Positions 29,825 to 39,743 of a stretch of 64,000 nucleotides of DNA are shown here, in pieces. Each line of letters starts with the position of its first letter. Positions within the stretch are counted from its first letter, which is position 1. The translations under genes were made by a program, and so were the position numbers. The stretch is taken from assembly GCA_016218045.1 (NCBI GenBank), contig JACRFB010000052.1, forward strand, positions 80,481 through 144,480. Direction: 5' to 3'. The stretch is from Ignavibacteriota bacterium (GTDB lineage: Bacteria > Bacteroidota > Ignavibacteria > SZUA-365). Below the pieces are notes generated by a model. The model worked only from the letters and a program-made list of their open reading frames with translations. It searched no databases and was not told the origin of the DNA.

Positions 29825-31132
29825 ATGTTCCGCCGCCGCAGCATCACCGTGTTCTGCCTCCTGGTGTGCACGGCATTCTTCACACGGCTTTCGGCGGCCC
29901 CGGGTGATCCGCCAACCGCCTCCACGCCGGGCGACGCGCCTGTCCGCCGTGTTGCCGACGGCGTCTCGTATTACGTACAATCATATCCGAAACTCCGATG
30001 TACCGTTCACACCGTGCTTGTGGATCTGGGTCGCAACGACGTGTCGCTGAAGGTTGGCAAGGGACTCGACAACATCGCGGGACTCGAGCGTGTTCATTCC
30101 ATCATGCACCGCTACGACAGCGTCACGGCGTTTCAGAGCGTCGTGGCGGGAGTGAACGCAAATTACTGGGCCGCCGGTTCAAATCACCCGATCGGTCCGA
30201 CAGTGTCGAACGGCGTGATACTCAACAACCGCAAGTACAAGAACTGGTCGGCTCTCGCGATCACACAGAACAAACAGTTGTACCTCGACACCTTCCGTAT
30301 CGAGGCGGAACTGCGCACACGATACGGTGTGATGCCGGTAGCGCGATTCAATGAGCGTCACGACACCTCGAGCATCGTGGTGTACAATTCCTACTACGGA
30401 ACGACTGTACCGTACATCGATACATCCTGGATCGCGATGGCGAGCGCCGACACGATCACAGACGATTCCGAAACGGAGATCGGTTCCCTTGGCGCCGCTG
30501 TCGATTCTATTTGGTCCATCAGCATCGAGAGCGGCTCCCTCAAGGCCCAATTCGAATACCTGTCGCAGCCCGTGGCGAATGGAGAGGTGCCCTGTCGCAT
30601 CACGTACATCGACACCGGTTTTGTCATGGTTCCAAAAAACGGAGGCGTGATCTCCCTCGGGAAAGGACCGTTGCCGTGGTTGTTCACGATGGGTGTCGGT
30701 GATACGGTGACTCTGGTCAGCCGTCTGACTCCCGCGGTGCAGGGCCCCGTGGTAGAAATGACAACAGGCACCCCGCGCCTCGTGCGCGACGGGCGTGTAA
30801 GCGTCGAGTGGCAGCAGGAGGGATTGCGCAAGTTGCGCTTCGTGCAGTCGGGATACGGCCGCACCGCCTTCGGCCTCTCGCGGGACGGGAAACGCGCGGT
30901 GCTTGTCACCGTCGAGCCGCCCAACCGTCGGCAACGCCGCAAAGGCATATCGTTGCCGGATCTGGCTTCACTGATGATCGAGCGCGGCGCATGGGACGCC
31001 TTTAACTTCGACGGAGGAGGATCCGCGACGATGGTGGTTGGCGACGCAACCGTCTCGCCTCCGGCTGGTAATCCATACAGCCGTAAAATATCCACCGCGC
31101 TGATGGTAGTGCGCAGTACCAACGAGCGATGA
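29825..31132 (+). CDS. Secreted phosphodiester glycosidase (NAGPA/DUF2233) family protein
   Basis: Signal peptide MFRRRSITVFCLLVC, and C-terminal FNFDGGGSATMVV, which is typical of the family. ATG 29777 is an alternative start. Confidence 0.7.
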   Translation: MFRRRSITVFCLLVCTAFFTRLSAAPGDPPTASTPGDAPVRRVADGVSYYVQSYPKLRCTVHTVLVDLGRNDVSLKVGKGLDNIAGLERVHSIMHRYDSVTAFQSVVAGVNANYWAAGSNHPIGPTVSNGVILNNRKYKNWSALAITQNKQLYLDTFRIEAELRTRYGVMPVARFNERHDTSSIVVYNSYYGTTVPYIDTSWIAMASADTITDDSETEIGSLGAAVDSIWSISIESGSLKAQFEYLSQPVANGEVPCRITYIDTGFVMVPKNGGVISLGKGPLPWLFTMGVGDTVTLVSRLTPAVQGPVVEMTTGTPRLVRDGRVSVEWQQEGLRKLRFVQSGYGRTAFGLSRDGKRAVLVTVEPPNRRQRRKGISLPDLASLMIERGAWDAFNFDGGGSATMVVGDATVSPPAGNPYSRKISTALMVVRSTNER

Positions 31133-32274
31133 AAGGCCGATATTCCACGCGCATCACGCTGCGGGACGCGCCCGTCGATGCCGCGATCATGGATCGCTGT
31201 CTGCGGCTCGCGCGTCGCGGGGGAAGGGCGGTGGAGCCCAATCCCCTTGTCGGTTGCATCGTCGTTCGGGACGGACGTGTTGTGGGACAGGGGTGGCACA
31301 AGAAGTATGGCGGTCCGCACGCCGAAGTGTTTGCTCTCCGCGAGGCGGGAGACGCCGCGCGCGGAGCCGACGTGTACGTGACCCTCGAGCCGTGCAATCA
31401 TCACGGTAAAACGCCTCCGTGCACCGATGCCCTGATTGCGGCGGGTGTCGGACGAGTGATCATCGGCATGAGGGATCCCAATCCCTCCGTACGCGGGGGC
31501 GGTATAGCGGTGCTCGAGAAAGCAGGCATACCATGTATCACGGGCCTGTCCGACATTGCCGCTCGCCGCCTGAACGAGCGATTCATCGTGAACACCACAC
31601 TCGGGCGTCCTTTGATTCTCCTGAAAATCGCGCAAACCCTAGACGGCTTCATCGCACCACTGCGCGGGTCCTCGCAATGGATCAGCTCCGAGGCCTCGCG
31701 CGCACGCGTACATTCTATGCGCGCGGCAAGTGATGCGATACTGGTTGGCGCGGGCACTGTGCGCGCCGACAATCCGGCTCTCACGGTGCGCGGCATTCAC
31801 GGCTCGAATCCGCGCCGCATCGTGGTGACACGCACCATGCACCTGCCGCTCGGCGCCGCGGTGTTCTCCGATACCGACGCACATCGAACGATAGTGGCCA
31901 CAACTCCCGCCGCACTGCGCGGCGCACCGAGAGCGGCGGCGTCACTCGCGGGACGCGGCATCACCTTACTCCCGATCGCCCCGGGCCGCGGCTTCAGGGA
32001 CTTTCTCCCCTCGATGCTGACCTTACTCTTCGAGAAGGGCGTCAATACTCTGATGGTGGAAGGTGGCGCGGGAGTCTTCTCGTCCTTCCTGAAACAGGAT
32101 CTTGCGGACCGCCTCGATATTTTTATCGGTCCATTGTTTCTTGGCGCGGGCCTGGCAAGCGCCGCACAGCTCCCGGCACGCGACCTTCCGGCAGCTCTTC
32201 GTATGCGTGTCGACGAAATACACCGCTCCGGCGGAGATGTGCATCTTGTGCTTCGACCACACAGCAGGGATTGA
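31129..32274 (+). CDS. ribD: Bifunctional riboflavin biosynthesis deaminase/reductase RibD
   Basis: HAEVFALREAG and TLEPCNHHGKTPPC deaminase zinc motifs, plus the C-terminal reductase domain. Confidence 0.9.
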   Translation: MKGRYSTRITLRDAPVDAAIMDRCLRLARRGGRAVEPNPLVGCIVVRDGRVVGQGWHKKYGGPHAEVFALREAGDAARGADVYVTLEPCNHHGKTPPCTDALIAAGVGRVIIGMRDPNPSVRGGGIAVLEKAGIPCITGLSDIAARRLNERFIVNTTLGRPLILLKIAQTLDGFIAPLRGSSQWISSEASRARVHSMRAASDAILVGAGTVRADNPALTVRGIHGSNPRRIVVTRTMHLPLGAAVFSDTDAHRTIVATTPAALRGAPRAAASLAGRGITLLPIAPGRGFRDFLPSMLTLLFEKGVNTLMVEGGAGVFSSFLKQDLADRLDIFIGPLFLGAGLASAAQLPARDLPAALRMRVDEIHRSGGDVHLVLRPHSRD

Positions 32275-32277
32275 GAC

Positions 32278-32925
32278 ATGTTCACAGGTATCATCGCCGA
32301 ACGAGGCATCATCCGCGTCACGGAGCGTTTCGGCAACGGCCGGCGCCTCGTTGTGGAAGCGCATACGGTTCTTGCCGATGCGGCTTTCGGAGACAGTATC
32401 AGCATCAATGGCGTGTGCCTTACGGTCACCGCATTCACCGCCTCCTCGTTTTCTGCCGAAGCGGTCGAACACACCGTCTCAAATACCACACTCGGAGGCC
32501 TGCAGGCGGGTGATCGTGTGAATCTCGAGGCCGCGCTCCGCGCGGATGGAAAACTCGGCGGGCATTTTGTGCAGGGCCATGCTGATCGTGTCGCGCGTAT
32601 TGTGCAGATCCGCGAAAAGGCCGAGAGCTGGTTGATTGATATTGAATACGACCCCGCGGACGCAGCGCTCCTGGTGCCTCAGGGCAGCATCGCTGTCGAC
32701 GGTGTCTCGCTCACCATCGCCGAATTGGGCGGCAATTCCTTCACCGTGTCGGTGATACCGCACACCTATCACGCCACAGTATTCGAGGATAGCAGGCCGG
32801 GCCGTCTCGTGAATATCGAGTTCGACGTGCTGGGGAAATACGTGCTCGCCGCACTCGCACGCCGAGGCGATGCCGCCGCGCCGGGGCGTATCACTCCGGA
32901 TTTTCTCGGCGGACTCGGGTATTGA
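32278..32925 (+). CDS. ribE: Riboflavin synthase
   Basis: MFTGIIAERG, internal duplication with GDSISINGVCLTV and GSIAVDGVSLTI. Confidence 0.9.
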   Translation: MFTGIIAERGIIRVTERFGNGRRLVVEAHTVLADAAFGDSISINGVCLTVTAFTASSFSAEAVEHTVSNTTLGGLQAGDRVNLEAALRADGKLGGHFVQGHADRVARIVQIREKAESWLIDIEYDPADAALLVPQGSIAVDGVSLTIAELGGNSFTVSVIPHTYHATVFEDSRPGRLVNIEFDVLGKYVLAALARRGDAAAPGRITPDFLGGLGY

Positions 32926-32943
32926 GCCCGCGCTATACGGACA

Positions 32944-34065
32944 TCAGGATCGTTTTCTCTTTTTATTGATGGCAGCCTGCAGGAAACCGAGCGTCTCGTC
33001 GGCGGCCTTTTCCCAGTCGAACTTGTCGGCCCATTGAAGCGCCGCCTCGCTCAGTTCCGCGCGCCGCGTTGGATTCTCGAGCAGGGTCCGCATGTGGGCT
33101 CCGAGCTGCTGAATGTTTCCGAATTCATAGAGCAATCCGGTGGAGCCGTTCACGACCGAGTCGCGCAGGCCAGGCACGTCGGCGGCTATAACCGGAATCC
33201 CGCAGGCGTTGGCCTCGACCACGGTCAGTCCCCAGCCCTCCTTGGAAGACGTGTTGACCACAAAATTCATCGTCTGCAGCAAGGGCGCCTTTTGATCCTC
33301 ATCGATGAAGCCGTGGAAGACGAGACGATCCCCCAGACCGAGTTCCGCCGCCAGCGCCTCGAGACGCGGGCGGTCGTCGCCATCGCCGATGATATGCAAC
33401 GTGAGGCGCGGGTACTCATGACGGAGCCCGTCGAACGCGCGGAGCAGATGATCGACCGACTTGTACTTTTTCAGTCGGCCGAAGTAGCATATGCGGTCGG
33501 GATCATGGACGTCCTTTTCAGCAGGGAAGTACACGGTTCGATTGACGCAGTAATTGATGATGGTCACCTGCTCGGGTGGAAAGCCCCATTCAAGGTATTC
33601 CTTGTGTGTGCTCGGTGATCCGATGATAAAATGGACGTGCCGGTATACCGGCTTGATGAGTTTTTCGCAAAGATGGACGTAGAGCGCAAGAGGAAAGATT
33701 GTTTCCAGGAAAATGCTCTTCCCGAATAGATGATGCGTGACACCCTGAATCGGAGCATTCACAAACAGGGGAGTGAAAAAGGGGATTTTATTGACGTCGT
33801 CCACAACCACGTCGTAGCCCTCTTTTTTGAACCGTTTCCACCAAGCCAGTGGGACATGCAGATTAAATACGCTGCGACCGCCATGTCGGACGATTCGGAT
33901 CCCATTCCGCATTTCTTCCGCTTTCGAACCCTCATAGCGGTGGCAGAACAGCGTTACCTCGTGGCCGCGGGCTGCGATCCGTTCGAAGACTTCGTGGAGA
34001 TGGACCTCGGCTCCACCCGCGAGTGGATTCGTGATATCCTGCCAGTTAAGTACAAGTATTTTCAA
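32944..34065 (-). CDS. GT4-family glycosyltransferase
   Basis: MKILVLNW..GGAEVH N-terminus, and SKEGWGLTVVEANACGIPVIA (EX7E region). Confidence 0.85.
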   Translation of the reverse strand: MKILVLNWQDITNPLAGGAEVHLHEVFERIAARGHEVTLFCHRYEGSKAEEMRNGIRIVRHGGRSVFNLHVPLAWWKRFKKEGYDVVVDDVNKIPFFTPLFVNAPIQGVTHHLFGKSIFLETIFPLALYVHLCEKLIKPVYRHVHFIIGSPSTHKEYLEWGFPPEQVTIINYCVNRTVYFPAEKDVHDPDRICYFGRLKKYKSVDHLLRAFDGLRHEYPRLTLHIIGDGDDRPRLEALAAELGLGDRLVFHGFIDEDQKAPLLQTMNFVVNTSSKEGWGLTVVEANACGIPVIAADVPGLRDSVVNGSTGLLYEFGNIQQLGAHMRTLLENPTRRAELSEAALQWADKFDWEKAADETLGFLQAAINKKRKRS

Positions 34066-34107
34066 TGCAATACGGCGCTGTATTAAATCTTATTCGACGT
34101 AGTTCGT

Positions 34108-34878
34108 TTATTGCTTTTCTGCAATGATACCGATCGACAAGGACGTATTCAGCTTCAGTGGGCTCCCATCAAGTTTCTCTCTGATCTGCTTTCGCAGCCT
34201 TGACACAGGCGGCAGAAGTTGCGGGTATAATGGCATCTTGAGCCCAATTTTACCTGCCGCTTCTCTGAAGGTGCGATAAAACAAACTTGGATACATCCAC
34301 TCACCGTAGGCGGCCTTCGGGGTAAGTCCGAGCGAACGCAGTAAAGTCCTCAATTCACGCACGGAGAATTCGCGCTCCCAGCCCGCAAACCAGGCATTCG
34401 CTGCAATAAGTGCATGTTTGATGACGGTGTAGACGTGCCAGCGCTGCGGCACATCGACCACCAACAGGCCTCCGGTGCGGAGGACACGTACATTTTCCTT
34501 CAGCAGCGCTTCTGCGGCGGGCTTGCGGAAGTGCTCCAGCAAACCCTGATGAAACACAACGTCGAAGGTCCCGTCATGAAACGGCAGAGCAAAAGCGTCA
34601 CCGCCGATGGCATGCACGCGGGTATCGGGCGGCGCGGCGGACCGGATGATCTTGAGCGAGTTCATGGAATAATCGAGCAGGAAAAGCTCGGCACCATCGC
34701 CAGCCATATAGAAGCTGTCGCGTCCGGTGCCGGCTCCGACTTCAAGGATGCGCTTGCCGGACACATCCATTACGGATCGAAGATTTCGACGGATGCGGTC
34801 CGTGTTTGCGTACACCTCCTTGACGTCGGACTTGTCCTTCCAAAAAGATTCCCAGTTCTGTTTTGTCGATTCCTTCAT
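34108..34878 (-). CDS. Class I SAM-dependent methyltransferase
   Basis: ILEVGAGTGRDS motif I, FDVVFHQGLLEHF. Confidence 0.8.
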   Translation of the reverse strand: MKESTKQNWESFWKDKSDVKEVYANTDRIRRNLRSVMDVSGKRILEVGAGTGRDSFYMAGDGAELFLLDYSMNSLKIIRSAAPPDTRVHAIGGDAFALPFHDGTFDVVFHQGLLEHFRKPAAEALLKENVRVLRTGGLLVVDVPQRWHVYTVIKHALIAANAWFAGWEREFSVRELRTLLRSLGLTPKAAYGEWMYPSLFYRTFREAAGKIGLKMPLYPQLLPPVSRLRKQIREKLDGSPLKLNTSLSIGIIAEKQ

Positions 34879-35119
34879 GAAAGCCCCTGATCCAACAGGA
34901 TCAATGTTTTCTTATAATATATATTATGTAAAGTCATCCGAAGTATAGCCACCCTCCTGTAGTGGAGGTGTGTCGGATTCATAGCGTCAACAAAAAATCG
35001 CGGCAAAGGATTCACCTTTCATGCCGACTCTGTGCAAAGTTACATGTGCCGGAGCTACAAGCAAGACACGGTATGGGCCGTGTAGCGAGCATCCGGTATG
35101 CGCGGCACATCCGCGGAGT

Positions 35120-35905
35120 TTACCAGTCCTTCGCACGTTTCGGAATCACTTCGAGCGGCAGAGAGACCTGGTATTTTTCTCCCTGCGCCAGTTGCCAGTA
35201 TTCTCCCGTGATCTGGCCGGATCCGACCACTTCGCAATATGCCAGTCCGGTGCGTACGAGGCCTTCGTTCGCCTGAAACGGCAGAATTACAATCGACCCG
35301 TTGGCGGGAATAGTATACCGGTCTCTCGATATCTGTTTTCCCTTGTCGAGATAAAATGTGACTGCCACTGTGATGCTGCTGTCGGAGGCGGGATTCGAAA
35401 GATACAGGCGCGCATCGATGGCCGGATCGGACACAAAATGCTGGCATAGCAGTGCCGTACCACCCCTGGCATCCGCCACGGGGATTGCCGTATTGAACGG
35501 CATGAGATCCGGATTCCGGTAGAACTGCCAGTACTGTGCGGCTACACTTCCGCCATCGGAATAAATGCGGATAGTGCCGCGAAAACGTTTGTCTTTAAGG
35601 CGTTTGCCGGGATCGTAGTTCACCTTTCCGAACATGGGCAGGAAATACGATTCCGCGTCGTGGAGTTTCCCATCGTTGTCGTACACCATGACGTTGACCA
35701 CGGACCCTGATCCCTCGACATCGGTGATGACGAGATGCGTCTCGTATTTTTCGGGATCGGAATCGAAGTAGTTGACGATCAACTGGTCACCCACCCGGAG
35801 CAATGCGTGTGTGCCGGCTCCGGAAGGGTCCTGCGCGCGGATGTCGAGATCCGCGCGCAGGAGTCCCAAAAACATGACAAGTACAACAACGACCGAATAC
35901 CGCAT
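35120..35905 (-). CDS. Secreted hypothetical protein, paralog B (two beta-sandwich-like halves)
   Basis: Signal peptide. Alignable end to end with the 35912..36685 product (LCQHFVSD.aIDA, ITGEYWQ, GEKYQV.LPLE). No family recognised. Confidence 0.6.
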   Translation of the reverse strand: MRYSVVVVLVMFLGLLRADLDIRAQDPSGAGTHALLRVGDQLIVNYFDSDPEKYETHLVITDVEGSGSVVNVMVYDNDGKLHDAESYFLPMFGKVNYDPGKRLKDKRFRGTIRIYSDGGSVAAQYWQFYRNPDLMPFNTAIPVADARGGTALLCQHFVSDPAIDARLYLSNPASDSSITVAVTFYLDKGKQISRDRYTIPANGSIVILPFQANEGLVRTGLAYCEVVGSGQITGEYWQLAQGEKYQVSLPLEVIPKRAKDW

Positions 35906-35911
35906 GGGGCG

Positions 35912-36685
35912 TCAGCGGATCTTTGTCACACCCTCGAGCGGGAGCGCAACCTGGTACTTCTCGCCCGGCGAGGCCTGCCAGTATTCGCCCGTGATCTTGC
36001 CCGCGCCCACCACAACAAGATACGCCGTGCCTGTCATACGAAGGCCCTTTGTCACTTTATAGGGATTGATGCGGGTGATGCCGTTCGGCTGGATGATGAA
36101 GTTGTCGGTTGCAACCAGTCCCCCATCGTCTGAATACATTTTCAGATTGACGGTCACGGGGCGCTCCTCTTCGGCATTGGCGACAACGATGGACGCGTCG
36201 ATGCCCTTGTCGGACACGAAGTGCTGGCACACCAGTTTGTCGTAGCCCTCGCCGTTGGAGGCGGGCACGCCGATGTTCATGAATGAGTTTTTCTTGTCCT
36301 TGCTCATCTCCCAATACTGGCCGATGAGGTTGCCTTCCTGGGCTTCGATGCGGACAGTTCCCTTGAACACGGGATTCTGGTTCAGGCCGTGCTGATAGGC
36401 GTTCAGGTAGGTCAGCGGATTGTAATTGAGTTTTCCGAAAGCGATCAACCGCTCGTACCGCTCGTAGACAAGTCGTCCATCCTCGGTGAATATCTTGATC
36501 TTGATATCCGGCCCTATCCCATCGACATCGCTGATGACAACATGCGTTTCAATCTCGTCGGGATTCGAGGAGAAGTTGTTGATGATGAGTTTCTTGCCCG
36601 TTTGCGCGGTGAGTTGCGTGCAGGCGAGACACAGAGCAATCGCTGCAAGAATCAGGCTGGCGGCCGCGTTGCGCGTGGTCAGCAT
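35912..36685 (-). CDS. Secreted hypothetical protein, paralog A
   Basis: Signal peptide, same conserved blocks as paralog B, 6-nt spacer to paralog B. Confidence 0.6.
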   Translation of the reverse strand: MLTTRNAAASLILAAIALCLACTQLTAQTGKKLIINNFSSNPDEIETHVVISDVDGIGPDIKIKIFTEDGRLVYERYERLIAFGKLNYNPLTYLNAYQHGLNQNPVFKGTVRIEAQEGNLIGQYWEMSKDKKNSFMNIGVPASNGEGYDKLVCQHFVSDKGIDASIVVANAEEERPVTVNLKMYSDDGGLVATDNFIIQPNGITRINPYKVTKGLRMTGTAYLVVVGAGKITGEYWQASPGEKYQVALPLEGVTKIR

Positions 36686-36722
36686 GTGGGCATTCCTCCT
36701 GGGAGATGAAAAGAGTGATGGG

Positions 36723-37526
36723 TTATGGTTTCAAAAGCTGTGTGACGTACCGTACATACTGCGGAAGCGGCAGCGAGAGAAATGCTTCCGCGTAGCGGAC
36801 TCCCCCGCCGAGCGTTATCGCCCGGTAGGCGTTGAGTCCGGTAATGTGATGCTCATAGTCGATGACGGATGTCTGGGATTTGTAGCAGTGAATGGCGGAG
36901 CGCTTGATGGTGAGGGTGTCGCTGATATCACAAACGGCTGTTGCCGGAAGCGGACTCCAGACCTCGTATCCGCGCGCCTCGCAGGATGCCAGGCGCGGCA
37001 CATCGAAAGCACGCGCGGCGCAGATATTCACTCGACGATGTTCGTCGTGATTATCGAATATCGATGGAAGATACAAAAGCCGCGGGTGTTTCTCAATGCC
37101 GATGTCACGAAGCCGCGAAACAGCATCAACGCTGTCGAGCGCATGACCGGGAAGCTCGAGGCAGCAGATTTCGTGCACCCCCAGCGCGTTCATCGCGGCA
37201 TCAAACTCGCGCCTGCGCAGCGCGATAATTTCATCAGCGCGGAATGTGGAGGTCGCCTCGAGACTGGCGGCGTTGTCAGCAAAGAGTACCACGGTCACGC
37301 GATGCCCCGCAGCCACATGGCGTGCAATCGTGCCTCCGGCGCCGAAGGTCTCGTCGTCGGCATGAGGCGCCAGGACCAGAACCGGAATTTCGTCGCCTGT
37401 TTCGAAAACAAGCTCGCGTGGATACACGGTCCGCAGGTGATTCAAAGCGAGGTCCGCAAGATCGGCCACGCGTGAATGCAGCCGCCTGCGCGCAAAGGCG
37501 TCGCGCATGTGCCGGATCCCGATCAT
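36723..37526 (-). CDS. PIG-L/LmbE-family deacetylase (cytoplasmic)
   Basis: VLVLAPHADDETFGAGG motif. ATG 37526 forms an ATGA overlap with the upstream gene. Confidence 0.8.
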   Translation of the reverse strand: MIGIRHMRDAFARRRLHSRVADLADLALNHLRTVYPRELVFETGDEIPVLVLAPHADDETFGAGGTIARHVAAGHRVTVVLFADNAASLEATSTFRADEIIALRRREFDAAMNALGVHEICCLELPGHALDSVDAVSRLRDIGIEKHPRLLYLPSIFDNHDEHRRVNICAARAFDVPRLASCEARGYEVWSPLPATAVCDISDTLTIKRSAIHCYKSQTSVIDYEHHITGLNAYRAITLGGGVRYAEAFLSLPLPQYVRYVTQLLKP

Positions 37527-38077
37527 GTGTTCACTCCGACGACGCGTCCGCGGCGCAGGACAGGTATGTCCGCAAGCCAATATGTGCGCATCAAACCGGC
37601 GGCGTCGAAACCTGCCTTTTCGATGCCGCGCAATGACGCATGGTTGCGTGCATCAGCATAAATCCACACCCGCGAGACGTCGTCGCGCTGAATATGCCGA
37701 ACGATCCAACGAAGAGCCGCGGGGTACAACCCGCGTCCGCGGTGTGTGGGCGCGGTATTGCAGTCGTATACGACACGCTCCGCATCAGGAATGCGCCATT
37801 CAAAGCCCAGTTCGTCGACGTGCAATCCACCGGAGGCAAGCCATGCGGTGAACACACGTTCCCCCCTGTCGCTCTGGGCTATCGCGGCATGACCGTCGCG
37901 AAAGCGGGACCGATAACATGCCGCGAGTCGGTCGTCGGATAAACTAGACCATGGGAAAACGTTCTCAGAGTCGAGCATGTGAAACTGCTGCCCGGAAGCC
38001 TGGTCCTCGTGTACCGGATTTGCGTCAGGCCGCGTGGAGAAAAACAGGAGCGTCTCAAGACGCATAAACCGTCTCAT
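37523..38077 (-). CDS. GNAT-family N-acetyltransferase
   Basis: THRGRGLYPAAL (motif A) and NHASLRGIEKAGF. ATGA overlaps at both ends. Confidence 0.6.
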   Translation of the reverse strand: MRRFMRLETLLFFSTRPDANPVHEDQASGQQFHMLDSENVFPWSSLSDDRLAACYRSRFRDGHAAIAQSDRGERVFTAWLASGGLHVDELGFEWRIPDAERVVYDCNTAPTHRGRGLYPAALRWIVRHIQRDDVSRVWIYADARNHASLRGIEKAGFDAAGLMRTYWLADIPVLRRGRVVGVNT

Positions 38078-39180
38078 GCAGCCCTCTCCTGCCTGCGCGC
38101 GGCGACGATCATGCGCCGCATGCCCCGGAGAAATCCCGCTGCTGCATGACGTGCGCGAGCGCGGGGCGGGACGACGCGCATACACACGGTGCGCGACTCA
38201 ACGCCGCCGAAATCCCTTTTGTACCGTTCTTCGCCGCGCAGAAAATCGAGCGCACGAAGACCGCGGGTGCGGAGGGTGTTGATGAGAAGCGAAAAATTGA
38301 TGATCCCTGGAGCGAGGGCCGAAGCAGATGGTAGCATGCCTGAGAGGAAGTAATAAAAAATTCCTCCATGCTCAAAGCCCATAAGACAATGCACCGGCAC
38401 ACCGTGCGCGGTGAGCACGGCGTATTTTGCTTCATGCGCGAGACGGTCCTGCAGCTCGCGGAAAAAGTCCGCGTTGCACGATTCCGCGAGGAAGGCGGTT
38501 TCGCCGAAACGTTCCGCGGAGAGCACGGTCAGGCACGCGCGCAGCGTGTCGTCCGCCGCGCCGTACGTCCACGCGAGCCCGTTTGCGGCATCCGCATAAC
38601 GCGTCAACGCCTTTTTCAGCGTGCGTCGAAAAGTCGGGCGCACCGCCGCCATAAGCAGGTCCTCCAGCGGCGTTTCACCACATGGCGCAAGCTCCATGCG
38701 CAGGCAGGGCCGCCCCGGAAGTACCAATCGCTCGTCGCGACGCTCGAAGTGGATTGCGATGCGCGAGGCGATTCCACCGACGGGGATGTCGCGCAGTTGC
38801 AGCCACGCGCGCGGCCGTTGTTGTTCACAATATCGGACAATATCCTCTGTATAGTCCGCGTTGTCGGCGGCGGGGACAACGATGTCGAGATACGGCGCGA
38901 GGTCATCGCCGATAAAGAGCAGGTGTTCCCATGCCAGGGCGCCGCCAAAGGCGCGTTTCTGCAGGAATAGCGGCGCGATGAATCGAATTGTACAATCGGC
39001 GTCGAGACCCGCAAGCAGGAACAGTTCCCTTCTCTCGTCCGCCGCACCGAAAGTTTTCCACCAGCTCTCGTTCCACTCGAGCGATTGAAACGGCGTGTTG
39101 GTGTGTAGTCCTCCGGCATATGCCGCGGTCCACCAGGTACGCAGGCGGGCATCAGAAAAATCCATTCGCTCGACAGTCAT
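38074..39180 (-). CDS. CelD/BioF2-like (FemAB-related) GNAT acyltransferase
   Basis: FQSLEWNESWWKTFG near the N-terminus and LDFLRGEERYKRDFGG near the C-terminus are typical of the Acetyltransf_6/CelD family. Confidence 0.7.
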   Translation of the reverse strand: MTVERMDFSDARLRTWWTAAYAGGLHTNTPFQSLEWNESWWKTFGAADERRELFLLAGLDADCTIRFIAPLFLQKRAFGGALAWEHLLFIGDDLAPYLDIVVPAADNADYTEDIVRYCEQQRPRAWLQLRDIPVGGIASRIAIHFERRDERLVLPGRPCLRMELAPCGETPLEDLLMAAVRPTFRRTLKKALTRYADAANGLAWTYGAADDTLRACLTVLSAERFGETAFLAESCNADFFRELQDRLAHEAKYAVLTAHGVPVHCLMGFEHGGIFYYFLSGMLPSASALAPGIINFSLLINTLRTRGLRALDFLRGEERYKRDFGGVESRTVCMRVVPPRARARHAAAGFLRGMRRMIVAARRQERAA

Positions 39181-39743
39181 GGCTGCTCCCGCATGCGGAG
39201 TATCGTTGCGGGTGATCCCGCGACGATGGCCCATGGGGGAACATCGCGCGTGACGGTGCTGTTGGCGCCGACCACGGCATGATCGCCGATTGTGACTCCG
39301 CCCAGAACGATGCTCGAGGCGCCGATCCAGACGTCGCGGCCGATGTGAATCGGATTCTTGCGTCCGCCCTGTTGGGAAATGGGGACGGTCGGATCGTCGA
39401 TCACATGCTGCGCGTCGATGATGCTGACGAAGGACGCGATGAGAGTGTTATCGCCAATTTCGACGGAGCCGGACACGGTGCAATGCTGGCCGATGAACAC
39501 CGATGATCCTATACGCAGCGTGTCATGTGCTTCCGCAATCAACCAGGAATCCTGCAGGATCTTCGCCCCGCCACCGATCTCCACCCTCGCGGTCTCGTGT
39601 ATATCGATCTGCACGCGCCGTCCAAAGGACACGTTGTCGGCGATTTGCTGGCCTGCTGCACGCAGTGCGCGCACGGCACGCTTGCGCTCGAGATTCTCGA
39701 CGGCAATAAAAACGCGTGTCAGGAAGGCGCCTATCGACATCAT
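39177..39743 (-). CDS. Hexapeptide-repeat (LbH) O-acyltransferase
   Basis: Repeated [LIV]G motifs: IGRDVWIGASSIVLGGVTIGDHAVVGANSTVTRDVPPWAIVAGSPA. Confidence 0.85.
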   Translation of the reverse strand: MMSIGAFLTRVFIAVENLERKRAVRALRAAGQQIADNVSFGRRVQIDIHETARVEIGGGAKILQDSWLIAEAHDTLRIGSSVFIGQHCTVSGSVEIGDNTLIASFVSIIDAQHVIDDPTVPISQQGGRKNPIHIGRDVWIGASSIVLGGVTIGDHAVVGANSTVTRDVPPWAIVAGSPATILRMREQP

